From positions 77,128,001 to 77,192,000 of the forward strand of contig OX597821.1 of the NCBI GenBank assembly GCA_951406725.2: DNA of 64,000 bases. The letters are read 5' to 3'. Positions 1-15,324 of the stretch are shown piece by piece; position 1 is the first letter of the stretch, and each line of letters begins with the position of its first letter. The notes beneath the pieces were generated by a model. It did not search any database. It was not told where the DNA came from and saw nothing but the letters and a program-made list of their open reading frames with translations. Position numbers and translations under genes: made by a program. The DNA comes from Octopus vulgaris (lineage: Eukaryota).

Positions 1-1495
1 GATGTAATCGACTTTCACATCCCCCCCTCAGAATTGCTGGCGTTGTGCCGAAATTAGAAAGAACTAAGTGTTCAGCTGGTTCTTAATTTACCGATCCTGA
101 AAGGATGAAAGTTAAAATTCAACCTCGGCGGAATTTAAACTCTTAAGAATTAAGAATTATTGATATCGGCGTGGATAGCCGTGGAGTTTTGCATATGATT
201 ATAAACCCTGAAATCGATATGAATTGCATATATTTTCCTTATTATGTATATGTAAGCCATTCTTACAAAATGGAAAATGTCCATGATATAAGGTTTTGAT
301 TCTAATGGTTAATAGTTTTCGCTTTTTTTCACACGCTAAACTCAAACAGCAGGCTTCTTCAGCGAAGAGATTAGAAACAGAGTCTAGTCGAGTAGCTTTA
401 CTGACTGCGTTAGCTGTCTCGTATTACCTTAATTTAGTGGCACCAAGGTTCCGAGTTAAGTTATTGAATATGCTCGAAATTGCAGTGGGGCTCAGGGAAA
501 TGCTAACTCAATCTTTCTGCCTTTTCCCCTAACTTCTAAACTAATTCAAAGTCATTATCCCCATGTTGCAGCCATCGTGGCAATGTAATAAACAGCTCAC
601 AACTTGTCGCGCTTAGTCGTTCGGTGGAGATTTCCTGGGTGCCATAGGTCTGCTCGATCAAAGCTATCCTGGGGCTACACAAACAACAACAACAGCAACA
701 ACACGCGACTAATTAATCACATATAAAGTAGAGGTTTAACGTATTTTACTTTAACTGTTTTAACAAACTATCTTATCTCGGTTTTTCAATTTAACATGTT
801 AAAAGATAAAATATATAGTTTTTAATAAAATCTGCGAATCATTCATATTAACTTTCTGCCAATGCGCAAAGGAAAAAGCTGGCAGAAAAGCAGGTCTCTA
901 GGTCCTTAGTGCTGCCAACTAAAACGATACACGGTGTTTATCTTCGGGTACCCGAAGTAATACGATTCTTTACTATATGAATGAACGTGGTTGAGATTAG
1001 GACGTTTTGGCACGTCTCACACTTAACTGCCTTGGGTTATTATAAAATACTTACTCAAAGTGTCGTGCAATGGGACTGAACCTGAAACCGCGGGATTGCA
1101 AGGCGAGCCTCTTAACAACATAACAATACCTGCATCTGAGTCCAAATATAAAAATAACAGGTGCGTATGTGGCTTCAATAACTTTTCCTGCGAGTTTTAA
1201 AACAAAATTTTGTCTTAATAAAACAGATGTGTCTCTTCTTCTAATAAAACGACAGAAGATAATCCTGCTTATCGTGATTGAAAGAATTTATTACAATAAT
1301 TGAAATTCAGTGCGTTTCTTTCCGCTGGTTTAATTCAAACTCTCCAGTCCTTGAATACCTTTAGCAGATTTCCTTCTGTCGAAAGAATTCGAACCAGGCC
1401 TTCGGCTTCAGCAAAATTTCCTTCCAAAAGTTTCGGTGGGTGTGATAAATATTTATGAACATCGCCTTTCCATTGTTGATTATGTCATAAAAAAG

Positions 1496-1885
1496 TGGAG
1501 GCGCAATGGCTCAGTGGTTAGGGCAGCGGACTCTCGGTCGTAGGATCGCGGTTTCGCTTCCCAGACTGGGCGTTCTGAGTGTTTATTGAGTGAAAACACC
1601 TAAAGCTCTACGAGGTTCCGGCAGGGGGGGGGGGGTGACGAGTCCTGCTGTACTCTTTCAGCACAACTTTCTCTCACTCTTTCTTTCTGTTGTACCTGTA
1701 TTTCAAAGGGCCGGCCTTGTCACACTCTGTGTCACGCTGAATCTCCCTCGAGAACTACGTTAAGGGTACACATGTCTGTGGAGTGCTCAGCCACTTGCAC
1801 GTTAATTTCACGAGCGAGCTGTTCTGTTGATCAGATCAACTGGAACCCTCGTCGTTGTAACCGATGGAGGTCCACGACGACGACG
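1496..1885 (+). mobile_element. tRNA-derived SINE, family 3 (5' partial copy at 2818-3010; 3' partial at ~48505-48690, minus)
   Basis: tRNA-like head with A box TGGCTCAGTGG and B-box-like GGTTTCG(A/C)TTCC, a tail of (GAC)n repeats, and recurrence within the window. Confidence 0.8.
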
Positions 1886-4853
1886 ATGCCATAAAAGATT
1901 TTAAGTGTCGAAAAAAAAACTTAAAGAAAAAAAGCTGGGAAATATATGTAAACTTGAAGGTGCAGACATAGCTGTGTGGTTAAGAAGCTTTTTTGCAACC
2001 ATGTGGTTTCGGTTTCAGTTCCAATGTGTGGCAGAACCTTGGGCAAGTGTCATCTAATGTAACCCCGAGCCGATCAATGCCTTGTGATAGAATTTGGTAG
2101 AAAAAAAGTATATGTGTGTGCGTGTGTGTTTGTGTGTAGATATATAGATATATATATGCGTGCGCGCGTGCGTGTGTATGTGTCTTTGTGTTTGTGCTTG
2201 AACCCATGCCATCACTTGACAACCGGTACTGGTTTGTTTACGTCCTCGTAACTTAGCGTTTCAGCGGCACTGACTGATCGAATAAGTACTGGGTCGATTT
2301 GCTTGACTAAACCCTTCACGGTGGCGACCCAGCATGGCCGTTGTCCAATGAGCGAAAAAAGTAAAAGATAAAAGATATTTCATATTGCTACAAAATTTTT
2401 GCAGAAAACAAAAAACAAAAAAAATGAAAAATCAAGAAAGACTGGAATAATGACCTGGAAACAAAACAAGATAAATAAGTTTATAATTTTTACACAAACA
2501 CCGAAATTTTCGAGGAAGGTCCAGCTGATTGCAGGGGCTAGAACGGAGGAATGGCGACGTTACCTTTGTTGAAATTTGAAATTAGAACCCAAAGTGTTGT
2601 AATTAAATATCGCAGGTATCAATAGAGCAGCGTTTTTAGCATGAAATTATATTCTGTAAGCAATGCAAATTGTTTTACCAAACTTGCCAAAGATAGTCTT
2701 CATAAACAAGTTGAGAAGTTTCGAATTTCAAGAGTCAATTTTAGATGAAACCGTTCTACTGCTTCATCTTAAATATAAACATCGAACTTCCGTTGAGGCA
2801 GCAGCAGCAACAACAGTGTGGAGGCGCAATGGCCCAGTGGTTAGGGCAGCGGACTCGCGGTCGTAAGAACGCGGTTTCGATTCCCAGACCGAGCATTGTG
2901 AGTGTTTATTGAGCAAAAGCACCTAAGCTCCACGACGCTCCGGCGGCGTGGGGGATGAACCCCGCTGTACTCTTTCACCACAACTTTTTCTCACTCTTTC
3001 TTCCTACTTCTACCACAAAGCAGAGGAACCATGGTGTAACCCACTATTGTGTGGTAAACTTTCAGACCCTAGTCTAGATTGCGAATCCTCTATACCCCAG
3101 TATGGTTCAGCTCTCCACCCGTTAAAAGCCACCGTTTACGGAATGAGGATAAAAACGTAGCTTTCGCGCTCGTGCAACCGCCAGTCTATCGTGTGTGGTG
3201 GGTGGATCTTCAAGTTGCCACACGCATTCTTAGTAGTTTAGGTTAGGCTCGAATTAGAGATTATTCTTTGTGGCTAATAGCGTGAGTCTTGATTGGAAGA
3301 AGAAGAAGATGAAGAAGAAGAAGAAGAAGAAGAAGAACAACAACAACAACAACAACACCAACAACTCAACAACAACAACAACAACAGTGATGCCAATAAC
3401 AACGGCAACCATAATAATAACTATTACAACGACAATTAAGTTGCTTATGTGTTGGGTGCTCTACTGGTTCTATAATCCAGCGCTAATAAAAAGAGTTATT
3501 TTCTGCCCGTTTCACATATTTTCGACCGGCGAAACGGTGGGAGCGATTAAGTCAATTGAAATGGCTCTATTACATGACTGGTGCACATTGTATGGAACCA
3601 AGGAGGGTGAAAAGTAAAGTTTGTATCGACCAGATTTGAACTCGAACATGAAGTGCAACACTTGAAGCAGGGAGATTAGCCTTGACTCCACTCAATACAA
3701 ATGGAGAGACACCTTCAGTAAAAGCTTCAAGCTGGAACTTTTAATAATCTGGTCAGTAGGGTTATGTGGATGCTGTAGAAGCCACCCAGATGATCTGCAA
3801 TTCTTGCCTGCAGTACATCATATCGAACGCCTCTCGATTACTTGGCCTTGGTGTCATTCATCCTTAGGGTCCATGCTTCACACACATAGAACCCTACTGA
3901 TCAAATTTTTAGAAGTTTCAGCTTTTTTTTTTTTGCTTAAGGTGCAGTCTCACCATTTATATTGAATGGAATCAGGGATGAATTTTATGCTCCATGTATT
4001 GTTCTGATTTCCTTGTTGCAGGCCTTTCTTTAGTCAACAATGAAGCCCAGATATTTGAACTAGTCGGCATGGGTTAGCGTGACCCCCCCTTGACACTCTA
4101 TGGTAAACTTCACTTTGTCCCTGGTGCTGTCACAACAAAAAGAGATGCAATCAAATACTGCAAGGTCATTTTCCGATTTATCTATGACAACGAACAGAAA
4201 TAAAATATTTACCGATTTTTAAAATTTAAAACAAGTTTAACAATTATGGATTCCTGTTCCTAAATGGACGTTTATGGTTGTGAAGCGAACTTCTAAACAC
4301 AGCCACGTTTGTTCCTCTCAGCACATGGCTCTTACCTCGATTTCATTCTCTGGGTACATAACTGCGTGTGTATGTGTGTGTGTGCGTGTGTGTGTATTTA
4401 TCTCTGTGAATGTAAATGTGTATGTATATCGGTTATGTGTGTGCGTGTGTATCTGTATGATGCATTTGTGTATCTCTTTCTTTCTCTCTCCCACTGTGTG
4501 CTTGTGCCTGTATATCTCTCATTGTCTCTGTCTCAGTCTCTGTGAACTTGCCTCTCTCTCTTCCTCTCTCTCCGCCCTCCTTCTTTCTTCTAACGCTCTC
4601 TCTCACTCTCCTTGACACTCATACTCTTTCTTTCACTCCCCTTCGCCTCTCCTTCTTATCAATACTTCCTCTCTCTCACACATACACATACACACAAACA
4701 GATCATAACTATCACTGTAACCACCACCACCACTACCGCCACCACCACTACCACCACCACTACAACCACCACCACCGCCGCCACGCTATGTTGTCTATTT
4801 CATTGTGGAAAGTTTAAAATACAAAAATGAACATTTTGTTTGTATATTCATTT

Positions 4854-5448
<595 letters not shown>

Positions 5449-5594
5449 GGAGGCAAGTGGTAGACACATCAGTTCGCTGCTAGGAAGGAGTATTTTTAGC
5501 AATTTCGAGCAATAAATTAGACAAAAACGGTGGAGTACCGGACTAAATTTTGAGGTTTTTTTAGAAGCCGTTGATGTTGTTGATATGTCACCGG

Positions 5595-6060
5595 AGCTGG
5601 TGGTGGTGGTGATGATGGTTGGTGTTCATGGTAATGGTGGTGGTGTTCATGGTAGTGGTGGTGGCGTTCATGGTGGTGGTGGTGGTGGTGGTGGTGGTGG
5701 TGGTAGTGGTGGTGGTGTTCCTGGTGGTGGTGGTGGTGGTGGTGTTGGTAGTGGTGGTGGTGTTCCTGCTGGTGGTGGTGGTGGTGGTGGTGGTGATGGT
5801 TGTTGTGGTGGTAGTTGTGGTGGTGGTGGTGGTGGTGGTGATGGTTGGTGTTCATGGTAGTGGTGGTGGTGTTCATGGTAGTGGTGGTGGCGTTCATGGT
5901 GGTGGTGGTGGTGGTGGTGGTGGTGGTGATGGTTGTTGTGGTGTTAGTTGTGGTGGTGCTGGTGGTGGTGATATTGTTAATATTGGGGTTGGTAGAGTAG
6001 ATAGTGCTGTTGTTGTTGTTGCTGGTGGTGGTGGTGGTGGTGGTGGTGGTGCTAGTGTTG
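5595..6060. repeat. (GGT)n cryptic repeat with ~18-21 bp higher-order units and an internal duplication
   Basis: GGTGGTGGTGTTCATGGTA-type units. The block at ~5610-5700 is repeated at ~5840-5925. Confidence 0.9.
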
Positions 6061-6376
6061 GTTAGTTCCATATCAGTCTTGCTGATCCAGCTGGTCTGTT
6101 ACTAAAGGCGCTTCAACCGTGACTTTATCAGTGATTCTTTCTACCTTTAATTGGTGAAGCTCGCTTTACAATGATGTCGTTTCGTGTTCATTCCCGGTAC
6201 AGCCCTGTTCAATACAGAAGAATAAAGCAAAACAAAAAAAAAAGACAACCTTTGGACAAGATTGTCTTTAATCTTTTCCTTTCCAAGTTGCTAAAACTCC
6301 TCTGCAAGAAACTAGAGACCATTCAATGAAGAGAGGGAAGAAACGGCGATATCAACATTTTATTTTTATTACCATA

Positions 6377-6747
6377 CTAGCAGTATCGCCCGGCGTTGCT
6401 CGGGTTTGTAAGGGAAATAACTATAAAGCATTTTTAGAGAGTTATAGCCAAAAAATGGAAAAAATATTATGGTAATTTTTTTGAGAGTTAAAAAGGTCGA
6501 GTTGCGTCCCCTAGACAGTCTGTGGTTTGTGTTTCTGATTCTCGACCCCATGTCGAATTTATCGATTCTTTTCAGAACTAGGGGAACTTTTCAAAATTTT
6601 CGCTGCGTTAGTTTTGAATTATGACATTGGGCTATGTGTGTGTCAAGTTTCATCAGAATCGGTTGAAAGCCGTGGTCAGGGTGAGGGTACAACCTAACAG
6701 ACACACAGACACGCAGACAGACAAACTGCCGTTTATATAGAGAGAGA
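6377..6747 (-). mobile_element. non-autonomous Helitron
   Basis: On the minus strand it starts A|TC (TCTCTCTCTATATAAA). It ends with hairpin CCCGAGCAACGCCGGG, ~9 nt of spacer, then CTAG|T. No TSD. Confidence 0.8.
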
Positions 6748-7644
6748 TGGGCGCAGGAGTGGCTGTGTGGTAAGTAGATGGCTTACCAACCACACGGATC
6801 CGAGTTCAGTCCCACTGCGTGGCACCTTGTGATTGGATTTGGCAGACGGAAATTGAAAGAAACCCGTTGTATATATATGTGTGTGCGTGTGTGTGTGTGT
6901 GTGTGTCATCCTCGCATGTAAACCGATGCTGGTGTGTTTATGTATACGTGACTTAGCTGTTCGGCAAAAGAAACCGATAGAATAAGTACTAGGCTTACAA
7001 AGAATAAGTCTTGAGGTCGATTTGTTCGACTAAAGGCGGTGCTCCAGCATGGCTGCAGTCAAATGACTGAAACAAATAAAAGAAAAAAGAAAAAGAGAAG
7101 AAAAAAGACCTTTCCATGTAGTTGATTCAGAGAAAAGAAAAGACAAGGAATGAAAAACCTCTCCCTCGTAGTTGACTGGTTCATTATTTATGCGATAGAT
7201 AAAACGCTGTTCCAACCTGGGTCGGATTTGAACCGAAGGGGTTACACTATACTTTCCGACGCTGTAGTACCTCCTTCGATTCGCCGCTTTGCTCACATCA
7301 GAAATGTCTCCCATTGAAGTTCTTTTCACTTTGAGCCGATCTGGGGGTTAATCGACGACAGCATCAACCTCTAAAGAATATGGGATGTACCTCTATGTAC
7401 ATAAGACAATGTGAATGCGATTGTATAGGTGTAACTGTATTTCTGTATTTAGTCGTGTGTGTGTGTGTGTGTGTATGTGTGTGTGTGTGTGTGTGAGTGT
7501 GTGTGTGTGTGTGTGTGCATGTGTGTGGCAATTAGTTTTGCAGATGTATGCTTAACATTTTTAAAAGAGAAATCAATCTTGAGGTGCGTGTACATGTGTG
7601 TGCCTGTGTCTGTGTGAGTCTGAATACGTACTGAGGTGTGTGAG

Positions 7645-7676
<32 letters not shown>

Positions 7677-7699
7677 CATACAGACATGCATATATATAT

Positions 7700-7764
<65 letters not shown>

Positions 7765-9524
7765 ATTAATCCCCCCCCCCCAAAAAAAAACGAAGAAAAA
7801 ACACAGGAAGAAAACAACAACGTGAGGACGTGGTACATGCAAAGTATTAACAGACGCTACGGTGTATGCTAGTGTGTGTGTATGTACCTATATGAATTTC
7901 AGCATTGGCTCAAAGCCACGTATTTTATGAAGAGGTTGAAGTCGCTTAAATTCCCACCAGTTCTTAATTGGTTGAAACTCGTTTTATCGACCCGGAAAGA
8001 TAAGAAGTTAAGGCGATTCGAGAAGAATTTCATGATAGAAATTGAGTACCACACATGTGCGTACCTACCTACCTACCTACCTACCTACTCACATACACAC
8101 ATATGTACACCTATTAAATACTCATACATACATTACATGTATATGTGTGTGCATTACATATGCAGACACCAGACAAACAGACAAAAACACATACATACTC
8201 ATAAATGATATATATATATATATACGCCGAATATAAATGTTCAGAGAGTGTCAACAAGTTTTCATAATGAACTCATTATTGTTCAATATATATATAATGT
8301 ATTGATCCGTGGCAGAAAATTCAACAAAAATGTACTTCATGTGTTGTGAGATAAATATTATTACATGTGGTTTGCGCCTGAAGAATATGTTTAAGATCTC
8401 TCGACATATGAAACTATTAGTAGCACATTTATATAGGCATTGTCACCTTTATATAAATAATATATATATATGTGTGTGTGTGAGTATGTGTGTGTATGTG
8501 TGTGTATGTATACGTATGTATGTATAAAAATGTCTGTGCATGAATATCCGTGTGTGTGTATGTATGTGTGTGTGTGTTTATTGTATTTTTCGAAAGAATG
8601 CTGACTGCATTCCTGATAATAATAATGTTGATATTGATGATAATTCCAACTCGTTTTACTTCAACGTTTCCTTGTTTTATTCAGGGGCCGTGGCTCTACT
8701 GGGACACCGCCATTTATTTGAATACAAAAACTTTGAAATATGTAGGAAAATGAATAATTAAATAATTTACCCGTTGACTGAAGTTAATTTCAGATATCTA
8801 TGGAAACGTTAACGACTCATTGAAAATCGTGACTAGTGGGATGTTAACTATAAATATAATGGTAATATTTATTTTTTAATTTCATTTGTGATAATATATT
8901 GATCTTGTTAGCTTGAAAGGCGAAAATCCATTTTAGCAAGACATAGGATAATTTCTCTCTCTTCCTCAATGCAGTTAATAAATTTTTTGATATCCATGCA
9001 TGATATATGATTTGAGATATAAATCTCTAACGCACTTCACATAAATCTATCTTTTTTCAAATTATTACTGACGAAATCACTCTCACCTAATTACAACTAC
9101 CGTTGATATTTTTATTTAGTTATAACAACAATAATTCTTTATTAATAATAATATTATATAATTTTAATATCATTACCATTGATAATTATGTTATATAATT
9201 TTTATATTTTCTATATAAATAATTGTTACAAAACTATAATGGCCATAACAAATACTTGCATGGTTGCAAACATTCATGATTCTTACCGAAATGGTTGTAG
9301 AAGTGAAGAAATAAAGTTTTGAAATACCAACCACATTGTTTTCTAGTTTGCCTCATATATTTTGCTCTCCACATCCCTTCTAGCCGATTGTAAACTTTTA
9401 CGCATCATCATACATGCGGTTGCTTTTGCTATTGAGTTAAAGCAATCAAAATATTGGAGCTTAACGTTACATCAAAACTTTAGCACTAAGCTCTGTAAAT
9501 ATATCTCTTGTGCACAAAGTACCC

Positions 9525-9610
<86 letters not shown>

Positions 9611-9793
9611 ACATACATATATAAATAGATGTGGGTATTTTTCCCTTGTTAACAATTACACTATTTTATTCCTTTGGAATAATACCAGAGATATCTTCGA
9701 AAAATGTGTCGGAGGTAAAAGAATTTGAATAACACCTGCGTTTAACGTCATTTATTTATTTATACACATACATACATACATACATACATACAT

Positions 9794-9841
<48 letters not shown>

Positions 9842-12046
9842 TTTTATTTGTTTCAGTCATTTGACTGCGGCGCGGCCATGCTCGAGCACTGCCTTTAGTT
9901 GAGCAATTCGACCCCTAGACTTATTCTATGTAAGCCTAGTACTTATTCCGTTGGCTTCTTTCACCGAACCGCTAGGTTACGGGGACGTAAGCACACCGGC
10001 ATCGGTTGTCAAGCGATGTAGGAGGTGGGAAACAAACACCGACACACACACATATGCACACACACACGTATATATACATACATATATATGACGGGCTTCT
10101 ATCAGTTTCCGTCTACCAAATCCACTCACAAGGCTTTGGTCGGCCCGAGGCTATAGTAGAAGACACTTGCCCAAGGTGCCACGCTTTGGGGCTGAACCCG
10201 GAACCATGTGATTGGTAAGCAAGCTACTTACCAGATAGGCAGCCACTCCTGCGCCTATGTGTGTGTGAGCGCGCGCGCTTGTGTGCGTGTGTATATACAC
10301 ACACACATACACATACGTGCTGCAACTATTCAAAGCATCAGAACATTTATTGACCTTAACTTTTTTTTTATTTCTTCTAAAAATTGTAAAGAAGTTTCCA
10401 TAAACGATTATTATTTTTTACTGTATGTTTTTGTTGTTGTTTTGATTTTTATATTTATATCGAAAACTTGTTTTTTACAAATAGAGCTTGGCAAAGAGAT
10501 AAAGTCTCTGACAGCCAGAGATCCAATAGCTTGTATCATATAACCATCGCTCTACTCTCTCCGAGCCATTTAATGCTTTATAGCTAAGTCCACCTAACTC
10601 TATAGAAGTCACTTGTGTTGGTGTAGTTTATTACTATTTTGCAGGCGTTTTGTGTTAGCAAATGAGTGATTCTTTATCACTGGAGTGCTGAGTTCAAGCT
10701 GTGTCCGGTGCAATGGAGTACGCAATGAGAATTAACTTCGCAGTATACCCATTAAGGATATCCTGAAATCGATAGCGTTACAAAGTGTTCAATATACATA
10801 GATTAATTTCAATAGTATAGGGAGGGGTAGGGTGATTAGAGTAAGTTAAGTTTATGAAAAATAAGTACTCAATACTTTGAGATCAAACTAACACAACCGA
10901 TATTTGCTTCCAATGACTGTTTATAAACGATAGAGATGGTTTTATACAGAAAGAGTATCTGTGATATTATGATGGATGCCAGTCTACTGCCTTCCAGTCT
11001 TCTACGATTTTATTTGAAAAACCTCTTGGATCATCTTTCCCAGCCAGACAATACTTAAAACAGGGGGTTATACCTACATATGTTTCAAGTAATTTTCAGT
11101 ATATTGCAATCGAAAGCGGAAGGGTTAATGTTTTAAACAGACATTTCATACATGTCTTTGATGTCGTTTAGACCTGTGTCACTAGGATCGATCAAAGGCG
11201 TTCCAGTCGTAACCATCCTGTCTTTTTATTAAGATGCAGAATATTTCTTAATATATACACTTTTTTTTATTTTAAAGTGTCGATTAGGTGCTATATAATG
11301 GAGATTTAACTTCTATCTCTAACATGTAAATGTCCACATATGAGGTTCCCTCGTTTTAAAATGTAACAGATATGTGAAGAGCAGAGATATTCTCTTTTCG
11401 ACTAAAAATGTCGCTTTGTAAGTAACGTATTGTTTGAAAATTACATTATTTCTCAGCTTTGATAATGTCACGATAAACCCAACTGCCCTACTGTAAGCTG
11501 TGGCTGTTTTCTTGGTGGAAGTGACTTAGTATAGAACATTGTCTTTGCTAAAAGATGGCCCTGTACGTAACCCATTTTTTTTCTCTACGAACATAAGATA
11601 CTTAAATATGTACATATTGTTACTATATACAGTTATCTTGGATACTTGAGTAACTCAGGGCTGCTTTTATCTCCTCTCATCTTTCCACGTTCTCGTATAA
11701 TTCATCTCCGCATCGCTCATATCTTAGTAAAAAGACATTCATATGTAGCGAGATGTCTTTCTATATTTGCATCTCTCTGCAGCCATCCATCAATCCCGAG
11801 AACGAGAACACCTCCGCCTCCAGTCAATCTGCCTTGACTAAAAATCACACACTTGTGAAAGAAAAGAAGACAAGCTTTGTTTCTTAAGATGCCGCTTTTT
11901 CTGATCTGTTTTTGTTAAGAACACAATGAAATAACAAATAAATTTCTCTCTCAGCAGAACGATGTACCTACCACATGTAGTCTCTGTTCTGAATAATACA
12001 ACACACATCTATCTCTCTGTCACACACAGCATTGTTGTGTCATAGT

Positions 12047-12052
12047 TTTATT
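12047..12052 (-). promoter_or_regulatory. candidate polyadenylation signal of the vg-like gene
   Basis: AATAAA on the minus strand ~730 nt after the stop codon, in repeat-free sequence. Other AATAAA hexamers occur further downstream. Confidence 0.3.
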
Positions 12053-12785
12053 AAGGGATTCACAAAAGTGCAAATTTAAAATCGTTCTAAATATACATTT
12101 GACTGATTTTTTAATATATTTTTTTATATTACTTTGTCATGGTTTTTTTCTGTGCTTCTAGATCACAGAGTGTATGTATGATATATGAGTATGTTTTGTT
12201 TGGATTCAAATCTCAGTATATCTCCATGTCAAGTCCAAAAGATATCGAGATTGGTGGCGTTGCCAACATCACAACAAATTGCCTTAGTTACAAATAGTCT
12301 GGAATATTTACGTCACGCAACCCATCAGGATATAGCAGTTACTTCCATTGCTACTGGTAATGGTTTAAAGCCAACGTTTTATTTTTATCTGACAGAACAA
12401 ATATCCAAATGAAAAAATCTCTGGTTTATACATTTCATTGGTTTCTTTCCGCACATTCATAACGTAACTGTTATTGGATCTTCCGAGCGGAAATTACTAC
12501 GTTTTAGTCGCTGACTGGATGTTCAATTTTTCTGTCGGCATAATCAGTCTGATCGATAATAATCGATCGGTTGATATGATTGCTTGGTCATTTGATATGA
12601 TCTGTAGATCAGAGGGTATAGTGTGAAACAATGTAGTCAATCTCCACCGCCGAAGTGCCAGCCCAATCGTGTATCGGGCGAACGGTTAAGTCATGCTAGT
12701 CCCGGCTCATAACACTTTGCTCCAAAACTGGGTTTTCTAACGCTTTCGAATATCAGGAGGAAGTCGATCCACCATCAGCCTACCG

Positions 12786-12838
12786 TCACCAATAAAATTC
12801 CTTTTTTGTTTGTTGAACTGGTACTTCTATTCCTGAAA
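12786..12838 (-). CDS. vg: vestigial-like terminal coding exon (VSGIEVPVQQTKKEFYW*)
   Basis: Strong polypyrimidine acceptor tattctttctctttgcAG, phase 1 and compatible with the donor at 18519. The peptide resembles the invertebrate Vestigial C-terminus (GLEAQVQ..SKDLYWF type). TGA at 12788-12786. Confidence 0.85.
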
Positions 12839-13579
12839 CTGCAAAGAGAAAGAATATGAGTTACAATATATTCAAAGAAAACAGTTACTAAACATGCATT
12901 CAGTTGTTCTAAGAATACCCTTTATACGCCTACCCATGCCACCGCACAATGCCCACCGACCCACACAGATGTATCCATATATGCATTTTGCGTGGGCGGT
13001 AACGGTAGCAATGAAGTTCTACTCCCTACTACATTTATTTTCTATTCAATATTGGTAAATTCATTAAGGCGGCGAGCTGGCAGAAACGCTAGCACGCCGG
13101 GCGAAATGCGTAGCCGTGTTTCGTCTGCCGTTACGTCCTGAGTTCAAATTCCACCGAGGTCGACTTTGCCTTTCATCCTTTCGGGTTCGATAAATTAAGT
13201 ACCAGTCACGCACTGGGGTCCATGTAATCGACTTAATCTGTTTAGCCCCTTGTGGGCAATAAAGAAATAATAATAATAATAATAATAATTATTATTATTA
13301 TTATTATTATTATACATATGTAGACGCAGAGGTATTTACTAGTATGCAAAAGCATTCTAACAAAATAATTTTCCCCCTATGGACTATTCCTACTACACAT
13401 CCGCGCGCGCGCGCACACACACACAGAGGCAGAGAGAGAGAGAGAAAGAGAGAGGGAGCACACACAAGTTAAATATGCATACCCACCAAGTCATTCAAAT
13501 CTATTTCCCACCCATCTCTCTTTCTCCCTCTCCCTCTCTCCCCCTCTCTCTCTCTCCATATATATGTATGTATGCATAC

Positions 13580-13637
<58 letters not shown>

Positions 13638-15019
13638 AAAACAAAAACACAGAAAAAAACACAGCATATATATATATAGCTGCATATCTGCTACTCTTCC
13701 ATTCTATTACTCATTCGCCCATTCATTTATCCAATCATAAATATGAAGACATAAAGAAATACCGAAGGAAGTGAAACTATTCGAATGGAACCCGTCTTCA
13801 TATATTCTTACTTTCAAAGAATGTAAACTAGGAATGAATGAAATAAATTAGTTGAAATGAAAGCTTCACTTTGTGTAAAAGATACGCTTTTTTCGAATGA
13901 GTAATGTTGATTGGAGCAGGACAGTTCAAATAACAGGCTTTTAATCCAGCAGTCGTCAAGTGCTGGGACTTCGTCTCGTAAGTGTTGTCTAGCTGTGGCT
14001 AATGTTACTGAAGCCTAGCTGAAATATAAGTTACGTTAACACCGCTGTTCCTTACTTGCTGACAGTACTAATCCGAAACACTGGGGTGGAGAAGGTGAGA
14101 GAAACGAGAAATAAAAGAGAGAAACATCACAGAAAAGAAGAAGAAGAAATAAAATAAATTTTAAAAAAAACCGTTTTGTTTTGCGTTTTTTAAACTGTTT
14201 TATCTTAAACGTTGTTGCTAGTATTGGAAAGTCTTATGAAGAAACGGACTGGTTTTGTTAATGGTCAAATTGGCAAGAGTGATTGAAAGGAGAAACTTGT
14301 CCTATGCAACATTAGAAGCTCATCACTTGTTCTAATACTCTTTATTTATGTTGGGATTATTTCCTAATCCCAGTTAATCAGCAAACATTACTTTTACAAG
14401 GGAAACTGTTATTGTTGAAAGTAAGCTTCACACTTAATTTCGGAATCAGGTTTGTATTTTAAAGTCTTCCATTCTTTGAGATGAAGTCAATTATTTTCAC
14501 TGGATTATTGTTATCAACGGACTAAACAAATTATTTCCTTTGCTGTTTAGCACAAAGTAACCGATTCCTTTCAACAAAGAAACTGGTTTCCTTCAATTGG
14601 GAGAGAAAGGGACGAATGTTCTGTTCTAGCAGAAGGCATGATACTCAACTGTGAATAGAATAATTGACTTTCTGAAAGAACAATAGTCGATCCCTTCTAC
14701 ACCAGTACATAACTGGTATTAACTCCAGGGGTGTAAAGTATGAAGTTTAACACGATGGAACCAAGTTGGACGAAATTAATCACTATTCACCGTTTCCTTT
14801 CCAGCTGAATATTTTGAAATTGATGTTCTTCAGAGGAAAGGAAAACGTTTGAAGTTTCACTCTTTGATTTGGAAACTTTTACAGCATCCAGTTTCTAACT
14901 CCATTTTAAAGCTTCAAAACTCAAGTTAAGTAAAACCAGTTTTATAGATAGAAATTATATTTTAAAATAAAATTGTCACCTCTAATATCTAAACTTTTTA
15001 AAGACTATTCGTCTTTTGT

Positions 15020-15324
15020 AGTAAAGATTGTTTGCCAACATAACATGGCAGTCCTGGTTTAGGACGAATGCTGCTGTAATTTATCCCCAGGAGTTATCAT
15101 CTCCAGCTGGCTATACGACACGATCTGTGTCCTTATATTTTCGAACAAGGGAATCTAGCACCCCTACCCAGCTCAAAACAATATCTGTGTATCGCGATTT
15201 CCGAGTTCTTTCCCCTCATCAGCACAAAATATAGCCAGCTGGAGACGATGTCTCCTGGGGCTAAATTACAGCAACATTCGTCCTAAACCAGGACGCCATG
15301 TTATGTTGGCAAACAACCTTTACT
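15020..15324. mobile_element. MITE-like foldback element with ~95-bp terminal inverted repeats
   Basis: AGTAAAGATTGTTTGCCAACATAACATGGC...CCAGCTGGCTAT at the left end is mirrored by ATAGCCAGCTGG...GCCATGTTATGTTGGCAAACAACCTTTACT at the right end. Confidence 0.8.

Noticed and set aside
1496-1570. tRNA gene
   Set aside because: The tRNA-like head continues into a SINE body, the cloverleaf is imperfect, and there is no terminator.
5517-6071. His/Thr-, Gly- or Val-rich ORFs
   Set aside because: They are translations of a (GGT)n repeat open in several frames on both strands, with no splice or homology support.
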